A DNA stretch of 63,793 bases, counting the filler, from Phoronis australis (lineage: Eukaryota; Animalia; Phoronida): assembly GCA_002633005.1 (NCBI GenBank). It is 6 parts of 6 records of this genome, joined end to end, with 100 filler letters (N's around TTAATTAATTAA, not from the genome) between each part and the next. Parts side by side here need not be neighbours in the genome. Positions count along the whole stretch, not along the records: positions 33,007 to 47,798 come from NMRA01000818.1; positions 47,899 to 57,184 come from NMRA01000006.1; 4 more parts are not named here. One strand, given 5' to 3'. Shown here in pieces: positions 35,916 to 48,088 of this stretch. The notes beneath the pieces are model-generated. The model had not been told where the DNA came from. It worked only from the letters and a program-made list of their open reading frames with translations, and searched no databases. The translations under genes and the position numbers were made by a program. Numbering within the stretch: position 1 is the stretch's first letter; every line of letters begins with the position of its first letter.

Positions 35916-38168
35916 CAGAAGCGGGTCTACGGGGCTTAATCCCCCCCTTGGGCCAGGACCCAAAAATAAAAAAAAAATAAAAACGTCTCCAACAAAACAA
36001 AAACGGTACCTCTAGCGTGTGTAAATCCCAAGAAAACCAACTCGGAAAAAAATGAGGGTGGGTTTACTCTGAAAATATATTTTTTGCATTGTGAATTGCT
36101 GAGTCTTCGTGGCTCATCGGCAAAACGCGTAATTGTGAGCGCGCTTCCGTCGACACTTCTGAAGTAGCCAAGCATTTTAGATGGATCCACCGCTGAAAGA
36201 GCAGTTCTATACATGATTTCTTTAGGTAACTAGCTTCTTTACTCTAGGACATGTTTTGATTTGATTAGGGGAAATACAGTGGTGCCGCAACCCTTATATT
36301 CAGGCGAATTGACTTGCGACGTTTTTACCTCATCTGTCATGCCGTGTCATTCTATTACACTCCACACGCTTGTTACTGATGTATAGTACAGTGTACATGT
36401 ACATGTAATATTTTTGAAAAAAATTCTTTTTCCGAAGAATTGCTATTGTGGCGGGCGCCGCGGTCTGGTCGCGAGACCGTTTGAAGATACACTCTAACAA
36501 GTTACAATGTACATGTATGTCTATACAAGGAATGACCAAGGGGGGACTCACATTGACAAAGTGACCGCATTCGCAAACAGTGTACAGTACCAGGAATTGC
36601 GGGGAGGCTGTTCTTTCACAACAAAGTCTTGCGGGACTCGTGCGATATGTTCAATAGGCCTCCTAAGGAGCCCTAGTTCCGACCTCAACACCTACCGTCT
36701 TTCTACCTGCAATAAACACACTGCCGTCTTCTATACTGGGAATTTCCGCAGAAAGGCCCACCCGATGAAACGCTCATGCCCATGAGCATTTATTTGATGT
36801 TTCAAGCGTTCAGACATTGGGACGTTTATTTCGAAAATTGCAAGAGATGCAAATAGGTCCTGAGATACATCATCAAGGTTTGAAGTAGTCCATGATGAAC
36901 GGATCAAATTTAGTTGCGCATGTAAGTCTTTTGAATGGACTTAGCAACCTTAAGGGTCTTAGTGCCAACTGAGCTTTGAAACGAGATGCTGACATTGTAG
37001 AGGCTTGCAAGCTCATTGACACAGCAGTTGACGAAGTGCAAGCGTTGGGAACAAACATCGAAGATATCTGGATAGATGGTTCCAAGACGAGCAAACCATT
37101 GGATCCGATCAGATTAATCGGCAGTCTATAAGACAACAGAAGGATAGGACTAACGTATGAGTAACCTGGGGATTAAAAAGTGTCTAGAGAGAAGTTTTCA
37201 ATTCAATTTTTTTTGCATAGTACACTTTAGGTCTCGCCGACGGACCAGGCCAGCTTGATTTGTGAGATGTTGAGTGGGCAGTGTACTTCTGGTCCCTCGG
37301 CGAACTAGTCTTGTGATTTTTTTACCAAAGAGTGTGCTTTGTAAAACTATTTATCTCAGCCAGTATTGTTTGGTCCCGCGACAGATCGACTATTTTTATA
37401 GGGATAATAAGCACAGGTGTACTCTTGGTCTCGGTGACGGACCAGGTCATCCTTTTTGTGTACCGTCTCAGTGTACATCTGGTCCGTCTGCAAACTAGTC
37501 CAGTACATCTTTCACTTCACGCCACTGTGCACAGGATGTTTTGGTTTCGTGAAACGGTTTTCAGATGATTTGTTTCCTCACATTTGACGTTTTTCAATTG
37601 TTGTCAACGCGTGATTCAACTAAATAAAGTGATAATTATTTATTGTCGCTTTCAATAATAGACTCTGAGCTGAGAGCACCATCGTTCGCCAGTTTTTCTA
37701 GTAACGAGACAGAACAATACAGGTCTTCGTTCTTAAACAACTTGAGGCTGCTGTTACGCAATCATCTGATATTCAAGTTTTTACCTCCCGTCGGTGCTCC
37801 TTAAGTTATGCTTTTCAATATTTGGAAGTTGTTTTTAAAAATACACACCACTACACTTTTTCGTATACGACTTTTCGTATGCTAACTGTGTGTGTAAGCA
37901 CTGAGATCTTCCAATATTGACAAAAAAATTTGCTGTGCAGGTGGCGCCACTCCCCCATACCCAGATGTGCACAATATGGTTTCACGAAACTTATGAGCCA
38001 AGTTCATGTGACGAAATTGAGAAGGGTTTTAAGAAAAACATATGTTAAGTGCCAGAAACTTCAGTTATACCAAAAAATGTCATGCGCCTAGGATTCGACC
38101 TTTGCCGCGGGAATCCTAGCCCCTCCCCCCGCCCGCCTTACTTAAAACAGGCGTAGACTCCGCCAATG
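35916..38168 (+). mobile_element. Decayed hAT transposon with both TIRs and 5-bp TSD (hAT5-like)
   Basis: Left CAGAAGCGGGTCTACG, right CGTAGACTCCGCCAATG, flanks tcgcc/ttgcc. Transposase relic at about 36530-37160 (KSCGTR, TR*NAHAHEH, LKGLS..KRDADIVEACKLID). Paralog of 12886-14982. Confidence 0.8.
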
Positions 38169-38993
38169 TTGCCTGTGAGATCCACTTGAGAAAAGTGCAC
38201 ACAATAGCGGACTTGGGGCGGTGGCCCAACTAGCCCCGGGACCGAACTATCGGCGACTAGCCGCGCCGGCGATCCCCTTTCAGTGTATTTTTGCATTCCA
38301 ATGCACTTGTTCTAAATATCTTAAAGAAAGACACTTCACAATTTCGAAGTTGACAAACTAAAATCGGCCATGGTAGTCGATGAGTGGCATACTTCGTTGG
38401 CGCACGCTGAGTGTCGCAACGGTCCATGACGCATTTGCGGTCAAATGATGAATAGTCTTGTTGATGTGTTTGGATACACCCCGGTTCCAATACTGACCAA
38501 GAGAGAGCGCTGTGTTGTTGTAGCCAATGAAGAATATTTGCCTATTGATAGTTGGCGTTCTGCAACAGTCGCAATCCTAACATTATGAAGAACTGTGTGA
38601 GCAACTCTTTATATTTAGCTTAACATCTACAAAATTCGTGATGAGAAATTGCTTAATAACTGTGTATTACATGTGTATCTAGCAACTGGCCAAATTAACG
38701 TTGTGTTGTGAGTCCCTGTACTACTTTCGTCCTGACTTAAATGGTCTCCATTTAAAACATAGGCTACGACACGTACACGTCAAACGCGGTGGACTCAGGT
38801 GGGTGAAACATCGTTACTTCGCTATGACAAAGAGGTTGAATGGAGGGAGACGTAATCATGGTGATATCGTCTTGATGTTATTACCCTAATTAAGACAGTC
38901 AAAATAACAAATAGTGTATCAGTTGTTTCAGAAAATACGTGAAGAAACGAAAGCTGTCAGCTGGTCAAGTGGTCGGCAGAGACTTTTGCCTTG

Positions 38994-39064
38994 GCCACAA
39001 GGCGTCCTCAGCTTCTGATCGTCCCCAATATTGGAGACGATCTGAAGCTGAGGACGCCTGTGGC
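38994..39064. mobile_element. Short palindromic MITE/hairpin (copy of 2811-2906)
   Basis: GCCACAAGGCGTCCTCAGCTTCTGATCGTCCCCAATATTGGAGACGATCTGAAGCTGAGGACGCCTGTGGC. Confidence 0.7.
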
Positions 39065-39409
39065 CTACAACTGCCTCTTCCTTCACTCCTCAGTCAGAAG
39101 CACGTACATGTAGGCGAAAGCAAGCGCATGGACGCGTAATTTTGTGGTAATAGGCGGATACATGGTCCCTGATATGAGAGCCAGTTACTCCCACTGAATA
39201 ACGCCGGTTATTCATACAGGCACTTGGTCTTGAGTTGATCTGTTCCTCGGTCACCACCGACGTCCCTCACTACTAATAAAACATAAAGGTAGGACACTAA
39301 AAATCGGTTTTCTCACAATTTTCCACTCAAATGGAACTCTACAAAATCAGCATTGGACAAATCTTTGAACACCTTTCATCACATTAACGTTCCTTCAACT
39401 GATGATTTG

Positions 39410-42400
39410 ATGGCAAAATGTCAACACCAAACTCACAAATTCAAGGAGGCTATTTGTGACATTCATGGCAGACACCCATCTTACACATTTGGGTCTTTCA
39501 CAGATGCTCCTGGAGCAATTCCAGATTCACACACCCACGAATGTTATTCGAGTACCCTCCACATAATTTCGTGTTAGTTTGAATGTATTTTTTACTCAGG
39601 TTTTGTAAAATAACATTGTCTTTATCATAAAAACCATGGGTTGCTGCGTACTAACGTAAGCCTACTACTCATTAGTGATTTCCTGCAACTAAATGTGCGA
39701 TCGGACATCAGAAATTTCCGCCAAAAGCCAAGTGTTCGTTGTACTTGCTTCAACCAAGAGTAGCACATATGTCAGAGATCAAACACAAGATACACCAGTT
39801 CTTGCAATTAAATTCTAGGTTAAGTGATATAATGAGCTATAAGAAGAAGCAAATTACACACTAGTGGAAGGTTAAGTTTAGTAACCTCAATTGCAGCCAA
39901 ATTTCTTGACTTTGACTTGAAGGCTTGCTTTCTCAAAATCAATTTTTGGACTATGGAACCTTCGGATTATATGGAAGTTTTTTGTATCTCCTCACATTTA
40001 TTGAAATAGTTCAGTCTATGAAATCTTCGAACCAATGAACTTTCGGACTATAGAGATACACAATGTCTCGTAGTGGTGAAAATGTGAACTTCAGCGCCAG
40101 ACTTCCGGCGCTTAGTCATTGTAGTGGCATACGCACTGCTCCCTTCTTTATTATGGTGTATACTAGAGGTTTGTTCTCAGAGATCAAAATAAGGCCTGGC
40201 ATACAGATGACCTGAGGTGATGATGTTTACATGGGGATGCTCAACCAAGTTGTTGATTGATGAAAAGACTTTTTGCCAAATCTGCTGAAAAACTCGGTGA
40301 GGTTGGCGACCCCTATGCCCATCACTCTAATGTAGTGTAAATGATAAACCGACAAAATAGCTCTTGGCACTTCTGCCAAAAAATTAGCAATCATCAAATA
40401 TAAAAATCTCAAGTAACTGGCATTCCCTGACAACCCATCTTGTAGAACCTGGTCTCGAATAAAATTGCAGTGTTTGAAGTTCAGTCTCCAACATGACTAA
40501 TTAACAATTTCATAATGGTTGGTATAAAGAAAAATTTGCTTTTTGTGATGTGAGGTAGGTTTATTGTTGACACAAGTGTAGTCAACTACATCTATTTTTC
40601 AGAACAACCCAGCTTTCTAAGAATATGATGCACAGGATTTGCCAGTTTGAGTCACCCTTGCTGACCTATGAACTATGAACTATCATAATGATGACTGTTC
40701 TAGCAGCAGATTTCTCACTTGAACTGTAAACAACCACAATTATATCCCTACTAGGTTCATGTGACAGTTCATTTACTGCTCGCTCTAGCTACCAACCAAG
40801 TGAATAGAGCTAACTTGAAACACCGATTTATCCAGGGCTTGGAATTTTCCGCGGAAACGCGGATTTCCGCTTTTTTGAAATGTGCTTTCCGCTTTTTTAT
40901 AATATTTCCGCGTAAAAAAAATCGGATTTGATATGAAATTTCCGCGGCAAATTCCTTTGTTACCGCGGCGTTGCAGACGACGTTCACCTCGGAAAGCGGA
41001 AGTCTTTATGTTTCGGAGGAACGTAAATTGTCAACATTGCCGGGGCATCTGGGTAAAGCGTGGTCTGATTTTCAATGGCGGCTCGTGTTATTGTCGATTT
41101 TTGTCGCAGAAAGGTTCACATTGACCATTTCAAAGGCTGGTTATCTCGAGCATGATTTGGGCCGTAAAAGTTTCCGCGTTTTTTGTCATTGGTCATTCCA
41201 AGCCCTGTTTATCCTTAGTATCATTAAGTTCATATCTCGCCAATTTTGGACAAAACTAAGTGCCAAAACCAATGTTTTTCCTTTTCAATGTGAATGTTCA
41301 CAATTTCTAAAGAAAAACATTATCTGTCAGTAGCTACATGTACGATATTGAATTTTAAAATTTGTATAATCGTTTGTTGCTACACTTAACATAACATCAA
41401 CTTGGACAAAATGCGACTCGGAAATTTTGACTGATGCCTCTCTTGGGGCCCAATATCCAACACAGCCTCACCTCTTACCTAAGTGAAACACAGATGATCA
41501 GCACACGTCTGTGCATGAGTCATGAACCGACCTATCCAATTTTTGCATAACACCTTCCGGCTCTTATCTGTTTACTCCCTGTAGTATTTTGAGCATGTGT
41601 TCAGATTTGTGCATGGCGATTATTGAAGATATGATGACATATTCCTGTTTTTGGATGGATTTGACGTATTTTGCGCCATCTAGTGGCCATCTTTTCTGTT
41701 TTCGATTCCACCCCTCTATCTACTAAACTGCTCTACTTAAGGATGATTGTGAAAATTGGCTTGATTGTTCTTTGTGTGAAGAGGACGGTTGACGATGATT
41801 TTCTGATGACTGACTACTGTGGCGCCTCCTAGTGGCAGTTTTTTTTCTGTTTCCATGTCTGTTTCCTAAACCCACAGCAGGATCTTTGTTAAATTTAGCA
41901 AATGTATAGTAAGTGGACAACGGACGACGTCGTTCAGATGTATCCGACGAACTCTAAGTCCCCGACTGGCAATTTCATCAATTTCGTTTTTTTTTCCATT
42001 TTCCTCCGTTTCTTTGAAGTTCCCTGATGGATTTTTATGAATTTGTTAAATAGCTTTCTGTTAAAGAAACGACATGTTGCCATTTTTGGGTGGATTTTAT
42101 GTATTTTGCGCCATCTAGTGGCCATTTTAGGACACAAATAAACGCCCCTGAAAGCACACCGTTTGCAGTGCATTCGTGGGCGCATTTCAACGCGTTGCTC
42201 TTGCTACGGAAGGCATGGTTCAGAGTAGCTTTAAAGGAGCATGCCACCCAAAAAACCTTTTTGTATCAATTTAAATCGAGTAGTTCTACCAGACAACGGC
42301 ACGTTCGGTTGCGTTANGCAAGTCAGGGCACTGGTCACATTTCTTCAAAGGTACTCCTACATGTTTGGTAATGTTCAAATATTTCAGTTTGTCAACTTTC

Positions 42401-42937
42401 TAAAGCCAATTATTGAAATAGTGTTGCATAGTATCGGTACTTATCTCATTATTTTATGGTGAAAATGATTGTGACATGCTTAGCAAATGAACATAATTCA
42501 AAGTTGTTTTTGTTCATTAACAGAATAGGAAGCTTAGGACTTGAAAATGATATACAATTTACTCCATGATTGAATTTTTGGTCAAAGAGATCCTTGGGTT
42601 TTCAACTTTTTGTCAACATTCTGCTATCAGTGAATCACACTTGCTCTGGGCTGTGTTATGTAGATGTAAGTCTATTGTAGGAGATGTTGGTTATCATGAA
42701 CTTCGCTTTCTTATTTTGCAAAAACTTGTGTGTTTTTGCATTTGTAAGAGTTCTTGTGTCAACAGTAAGCAGGCCTGGTTTATATGTGTGGTTACATTAG
42801 GTGATCATTTATCATCTGCAGAAAATAACAGATTGGTTTCACTTGCAGGTGATAAAACAAGACCACTGGTGTGGAGGAGAGCAGGTGACAGTTGGGAATT
42901 CCTCTGTGAAATTGGAGGTGAAAGGCATTTAATAACG
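39410..42937 (+). CDS. Putative uncharacterised gene, first two coding exons (His/Cys-rich N-terminus)
   Basis: join(39410-39572,42849-42937). Phase-1 donor T|GTTAGT fits acceptor TTGCAG|GT, and the second exon ends in a consensus ACG|GTAAGT. Protein: MAKCQHQTHKFKEAICDIHGRHPSYTFGSFTDAPGAIPDSHTHECYSSTLHIISCDKTRPLVWRRAGDSWEFLCEIGGERHLIT. Family not recognised. Confidence 0.45.
40833..41207. mobile_element. hAT-type MITE with perfect 6-bp TSD
   Basis: TTTATC|CAGGGCTTGGAAT ... ATTCCAAGCCCTG|TTTATC, 13-bp perfect TIR, repeated TTTCCGC subterminal motifs. Confidence 0.85.
41580..42203 (+). mobile_element. Helentron-associated (HINE-like) element, 3' part
   Basis: GCGCCATCTAGTGGCC modules shared with 44816-45825 and 46867-47798. 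3' subTIR GTGGGCGCAT followed by TTGCTCTTG. Confidence 0.6.
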
Positions 42938-43075
42938 GTAAGTTATGATTATGGCAAATTTATGCTATTGAGTGTTCTACTTAAAGGAGAATGCCACCCC
43001 AAAAAACATCCTATTTTGTATTAATTTAGATCCAGTAGTGCCACTCGATAATGGCACATTCGGTTGTGTTACCTG
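42231..43075. repeat. Two copies of a Kolobok-like left end (TTAAAGGAG(C/A)ATGCCACCC)
   Basis: 42231-42320 and 42981-43075 are homologous and both start TTAA|AGG. Confidence 0.45.
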
Positions 43076-43430
43076 ACGGCAGACAGAGGTGTTGAACTTA
43101 TCCAATATTGTAATTGGTTTCACACGCACAGTCTGTTCAGCAGTTCACAACACTGGTTAGTGGTGTCAGCTTGTCGCTAAAATTCATCGTTTAACACCAA
43201 TAAATCATCAAACTTCGATGTAAAACCCTTAAAAATACACAGAGATCTTATAAAAACGTGTTGTTTTATTTCGCTCTTACGGATTTACTGGTATTTGGAC
43301 ACACGGTAACCTACGAAGTTCGGCAGGCCAATTTACCAAGGTCTGTCGCAGTGAGGAGTTATGAGATAAATTCGAAGTATTCTTACATGAAATACAGACA
43401 GGAGAACCTAGATCTGTGTTATACTTGTGA

Positions 43431-45825
43431 TTTTTATGTGCCCACATATTTATATGTGGACGCATTATGCCGCCATCCTTCCGTCCGGGCGGCGTCCGTC
43501 CTGCGTCCGCTGCTCTATCTCCAAAACCCTTTGACATGCATTCATGAAATTTGGCACATATGTTCCATTCATGAATGGGACGGCGTGAGCGAACTTTCGG
43601 ACGGATCCGACTACCGTTGTGCCCCCTAGTGGCAATTATATTTTTTTACGTTTACCTTTAAAAGTCCTTAACCCTTATCCTGCTAAGCCTCAGTTCAGAC
43701 AACTTTCCCTGTGTGCTGAGCTAAGTAGGTCACCACTGCTGCTATGCACTGGGCTGTTACAAAGGTCACTCAGATTAATGACCTAACATTTTTAAATTGG
43801 AAATTTGAAGGGGTAATGTCAACTTCACATAAAAGTAGTCTAGACCAAAGTTGTTCTGAATTTAATGGAGATTTTCACCATATACATATCTTTACCATAG
43901 CCTTGCTGTGAATAATTCTATTAATTTCAAACTGGACACCCTTTGTTTTTATCTGTTTTCGCACATGAGAACATTATAGCTGACACTCAAAAACCGCAAT
44001 AAGCATTTTTAAAAGGGAATTCATGGGACTTCCATGTTTAATAAAGCAGATTTATTGTCTGTAACATCACATCTACAAACAAGAATGTACAGTATATAAT
44101 GTAGGGCCTACCTCAACTTTGCACAATAACAAATTTATGACTGGTGCAGTCGCTTGCTCAAGTCTGTTTTGAAGTTCAACTTGGTGTGCAAAAACTTGAA
44201 ACACGGGTGGGAACACAAAGCTATTCTGTGAAAAAGTCACAAAAATATCTAGTTCTGAATGAGTTCCATCATGTTTCAGAGGCCCTTTCATTATGCCTGA
44301 AGGGGGTGAGCCAAGCATCGTCGTAGGCCCGTCCAAGGTCAGCTTCAAATTGCACTGAGATCCGAATCGATAGAATCTGCATTACTCGTGACTGTTGTAT
44401 TAGTTTCATTGTCACCGTCACTTTCGAGTGCAAATTCCAGCTCGTTTTCACTATCTGAGTCCATGAACACTTCTTCCAGAAACTGGTCAACAGTCATCTT
44501 ACCACGTTTGGCACCAGCCAAGATAAAACTTGCGTAAACTTTCAAATATCTTGGCAACAACTCACCATAGCCATATGTTGTAAATCAGAAAAATGTACGG
44601 GAAACTATGAACTGTGGAGTGTGCATGCTCACATATATAAACAGCATACGGGGCTTTCACAATTTCTGAATGAAAAACACCAGTGTCCTTGGGTGAGTAC
44701 ACCCTCCTTGCGCAGTCTAGCCGTAGCTTATTATAGGCGATTGAGTACACCTGACGCATTTTAATAGGATAATTGGCTTGTCGGCTGACCTTGCCTAGCG
44801 CATGATAAGGGTTAATGGATTTTCAGGCACCTATTAGCGAGGTGACGCTATCCTCCCGTTTTCGGATGGATATGACGTAGTTTGCGCCACTTAGTGGCTA
44901 TTTTTTTTACTGTTTTTGAGTGTTTTGCGTCCACTCCTCTATCAACCAAACCGCTCAAAGGATGATTGTGAAAATTGGCATGTATGTGCTTACTATAAAG
45001 AGGATGATTGACTATGATTTTCCGACGATTTCGACTACTGTGGTGTCTCCTAGTGTCAGTTTTGTTTTTGTTGCGCCTGTATTGTGGCTGTATCTCCTAA
45101 ACCGCTCGCAGGATCTTTACTTAATTTAGCAAGTATATTTATGTGATGTTGACTACGGATGACGACGACTTTCGGACAGATCTGACTACTGGTGTGCCCC
45201 CTTGTGGAAATTTTAATTTTTTAAGTATAACTTGGTATCTTCAAAGGTCCTCAACAGATTTTCGTAAAATTTTAAATATAGGCATTTATTGGTGTAATGA
45301 CGCTATCTTCCTGTTTTTGGATGGAATCTAGGTATTTTGCACCACCTAGTGGCCATTTTTGCTGTTTTCAAATCTTGTTTTTTGGTGTCCACCCCTGTAT
45401 CGACCAAATCATTTGAAAATTGGTGTATATGTTCTCAGTGTGAAGATGACCTTTGATAATGGAGACTGACTACTGTGGCGCCTCCTAGTGGTGGTTTTGT
45501 TTTGCGCCTGTAGTTGCATCTCCTAAACCCACTGCAGGATCTTTACTAAATTTAGTAAGTGTATTTATATGAAGACAACAGACGACGACGACTTTCAGGC
45601 GGATCCAACGGACACTGTGCCCACTAGTGGCAATTTCATTTTATTCTGTTTTCCTTTCTTTCTCTGAAGTTCCTCGACAGATTTTTATGAAATATGGCAT
45701 GTTCCTGTTTTTGGATGGATTGTATATTTTTGCGCCATCTAGTAGCCATTTTTATGATACAAATAAATAACCCTAAAAGCACACCATTTGCAATGCATTT
45801 GTGGGCGCATTTCACAACTCTCGCA
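43431..45825 (+). mobile_element. Full-length HINE-like element interrupted by a piggyBac
   Basis: 5' TTTTTATGTGCCCACATATTTATATGTGG hairpin, (CCGT)-type microsatellite, repeated GAAATTTGG/CTAGTGGC modules, and 3' inverted subTIR TGTGGGCGCAT at 45800-45810. Confidence 0.7.
43672..44811 (-). mobile_element. Non-autonomous piggyBac with truncated transposase N-terminus
   Basis: TTAA|CCCTTATCCTGC ... GCATGATAAGGG|TTAA. The empty site AAAGTCCTTAACGGATTTTC is seen in the sister repeat at about 47563. Minus ORF KMTVDQFLEEVFMDSDSENE..DDAWLTPF resembles the acidic piggyBac N-terminus. Confidence 0.85.
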
Positions 45826-46081
45826 GATACCTGCATTCCACAAATAAATTGTAATGTAGTCTCTCTGTGCTGAGAGGAAAATGTACACAAGTCCTTCTCT
45901 TGTACTTACCATGAAAAAGACATTTGTTGTTAAAATACGCCGTACAGTTGTCATAATATGCCGTACTGTTGTGTAGGCTACCGGAAATACCTTAGGTATG
46001 AATCTAACATAAACACATCCGGTAATCGACAAATTTTGGACCAATCAAAATCATCAACAGAAGTAACATTTAAATCTCTAA

Positions 46082-46449
46082 GGGCTGTTCCAGCAAAATC
46101 TGTATAGGAGGGCGGGAAGCCACTTTTATTTCGTACCCACCGCCCATATTTTTCATTTATTTCTCCAACCCATGACCCATAATTTTTTAATTATTTTAAT
46201 AGGTTAAAATGTAAAATCCAACACTTGCAAACATATTGCCTCCAGGAGGACCTGTTAAGAACTTAGGGCTGTTCCAGCAAAATCTGTATGGGAGGGGGGA
46301 AGGCACTTTTATTTCGTACCCACCACCCATATTTTTCATTTATTTCTCCAACCCATGTCCCATAATTTTTTAATTATTTTAATAGTTTAAAATATAAAAT
46401 CCAACACTTGCAAACAAGTTGCCTCCAGGAGGACCTGTTAAGAACTTAC
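46082..46449 (+). repeat. 184-bp tandem duplication of a Harbinger-MITE left end
   Basis: Units start (TAA/TTA)GGGCTGTTCCAGCAAAATCTGTA at 46082 and 46266. Confidence 0.85.
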
Positions 46450-46866
46450 TAGATGATTGACAGACTAGCTTGTGAGCAATACTTTTGGCAGCCACCAGGT
46501 GTCTCTGTTCACCAAGTGTCTATAATTTCAATGAACATTTTATACTTCTGTCAAATGAATATTGGAACTTGTTTATCTTACTTCTCATACTTTTTATTTA
46601 AAAATCATCAATTTTCTTATATGTGTTCACACCAGTTTAGTGTTGCATAACTTTTCAATTCAATGGGACTGCAGACAAATAGTTGGCTCAAATCAAGTTG
46701 CCCATGACTTGATTAATGGCTTAGTGAACATGTTGCACTCTGTTCACTGGCAATATGGGCTTTTTGTTTTGGGATAAGTTAGGATTATATGCCAATTGCA
46801 TGTTATGAGTTTAAGCGGCTGAAGTAACCAACCTGTCAATATTAACAGGTCAAAGAATACCACCCA

Positions 46867-47798
46867 TTTTTATGCGCCCACATATTTATATGTGGACGCA
46901 TTATGCCGTCATCTCCGTCCGTCCGTACGGGCGGCATCCGTCCGGCGTCCGATGCTCTATCTCCAAAACCCTTTGACATACGTTCATAAAATTTGGCACA
47001 TATGTTCCATTCATGAATGGGACGGCATGTGCGACCTTTCGGACGGATCCGACTACCGGTGTGCCCCCTAGTGGCAATTTTAGTTTTTTACGCTTACCTT
47101 TGTATCTTCAAAAGTCCTGAACGGATTTTCATGAAATTTGGTATGTAGGCACGTATTAGTGAGATGGTGCTATCCTGCCGTTTTCAGATGGATTCGACGT
47201 AGCTTGCGCCACCTAGTGGCCATTTTTATTTTTTTCGATTCTGTTTTTGTGCGTCCACCCCTCTATCAACCAAACCGCTCAAAGGATGATTGCGAAAATT
47301 GGCATGTATATGCTTACTATGTAGAGCACGGTTGGCGATGATTTTCTGACGATTTCGACTACTGTGGTGCCTCCTGGTGGCAGTTTTGTTTTTTTTGCGC
47401 CTATGGCTGTACCTCCTAAACTGTTCGCAGGATCTTTACGAAATTGTGTAAGTTTATTTATATGATGTTAACAACAAAAGATGACGACTTTTGGACGGAT
47501 CCGACTACCGGTGTGCTCCCTAGTGGCAATTTTAGTTTTTTACGCTTACCTTTGTATCTTCTAAAGTCCTTAACGGATTTTCATGAAATTTGGTATGTAG
47601 GCACGTATTAGTGAGATGACGCTATCCTGCCGTTTTCAGATGGATTTGACGTAGTTTGCGCCACCTAGTGGCCATTTTTAGTGTTTTCGAGTCTGTTTTT
47701 GTGCGTCCACCCCTCTATAAACCAAACCGCTCAAAGGATGATTGTGAAATTTGGCATGTATATGCTTACTATGTAGAGGACGGTTGACGATGATTTTC
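46867..47798 (+). mobile_element. Young HINE-like element with internal 452-bp higher-order repeat, truncated by spacer
   Basis: 5' ATGCGCCCACATATTTATATGTGG, (GTCC)n. GGACGGATCCGACTACCGG recurs at 47041 and 47493. Confidence 0.75.
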
Positions 47799-47898
47799 NN
47801 NNNNNNNNNNNNNNNNNNNNNNNNNNNNNNNNNNNNNNNNNNTTAATTAATTAANNNNNNNNNNNNNNNNNNNNNNNNNNNNNNNNNNNNNNNNNNNN
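47799..47898. other. Artificial contig spacer
   Basis: N44-TTAATTAATTAA-N44. Confidence 0.97.
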
Positions 47899-48088
47899 AT
47901 ACTTTTGTTTCAAAATTCTATTGGGAACTTAGCACAACAAATCGCATTACACAACAGACCATGTTTCAGGAAAAACCTTACTGGTTGGAAATTGAAGTAC
48001 TGAGATGGGAACAGAAAGGACCTTCTAACAACTAGACTTAAATCTTAGAAAACAAATTAAATTACTAAAAGAAGTCTATTTCGTTCAC

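Noticed and set aside
38358-38576. Minus-strand open frame DCDCCRTPTINRQIFFIG..IDYHGRF* as a terminal exon
   Set aside because: No recognisable homology and no convincing upstream partner exon.
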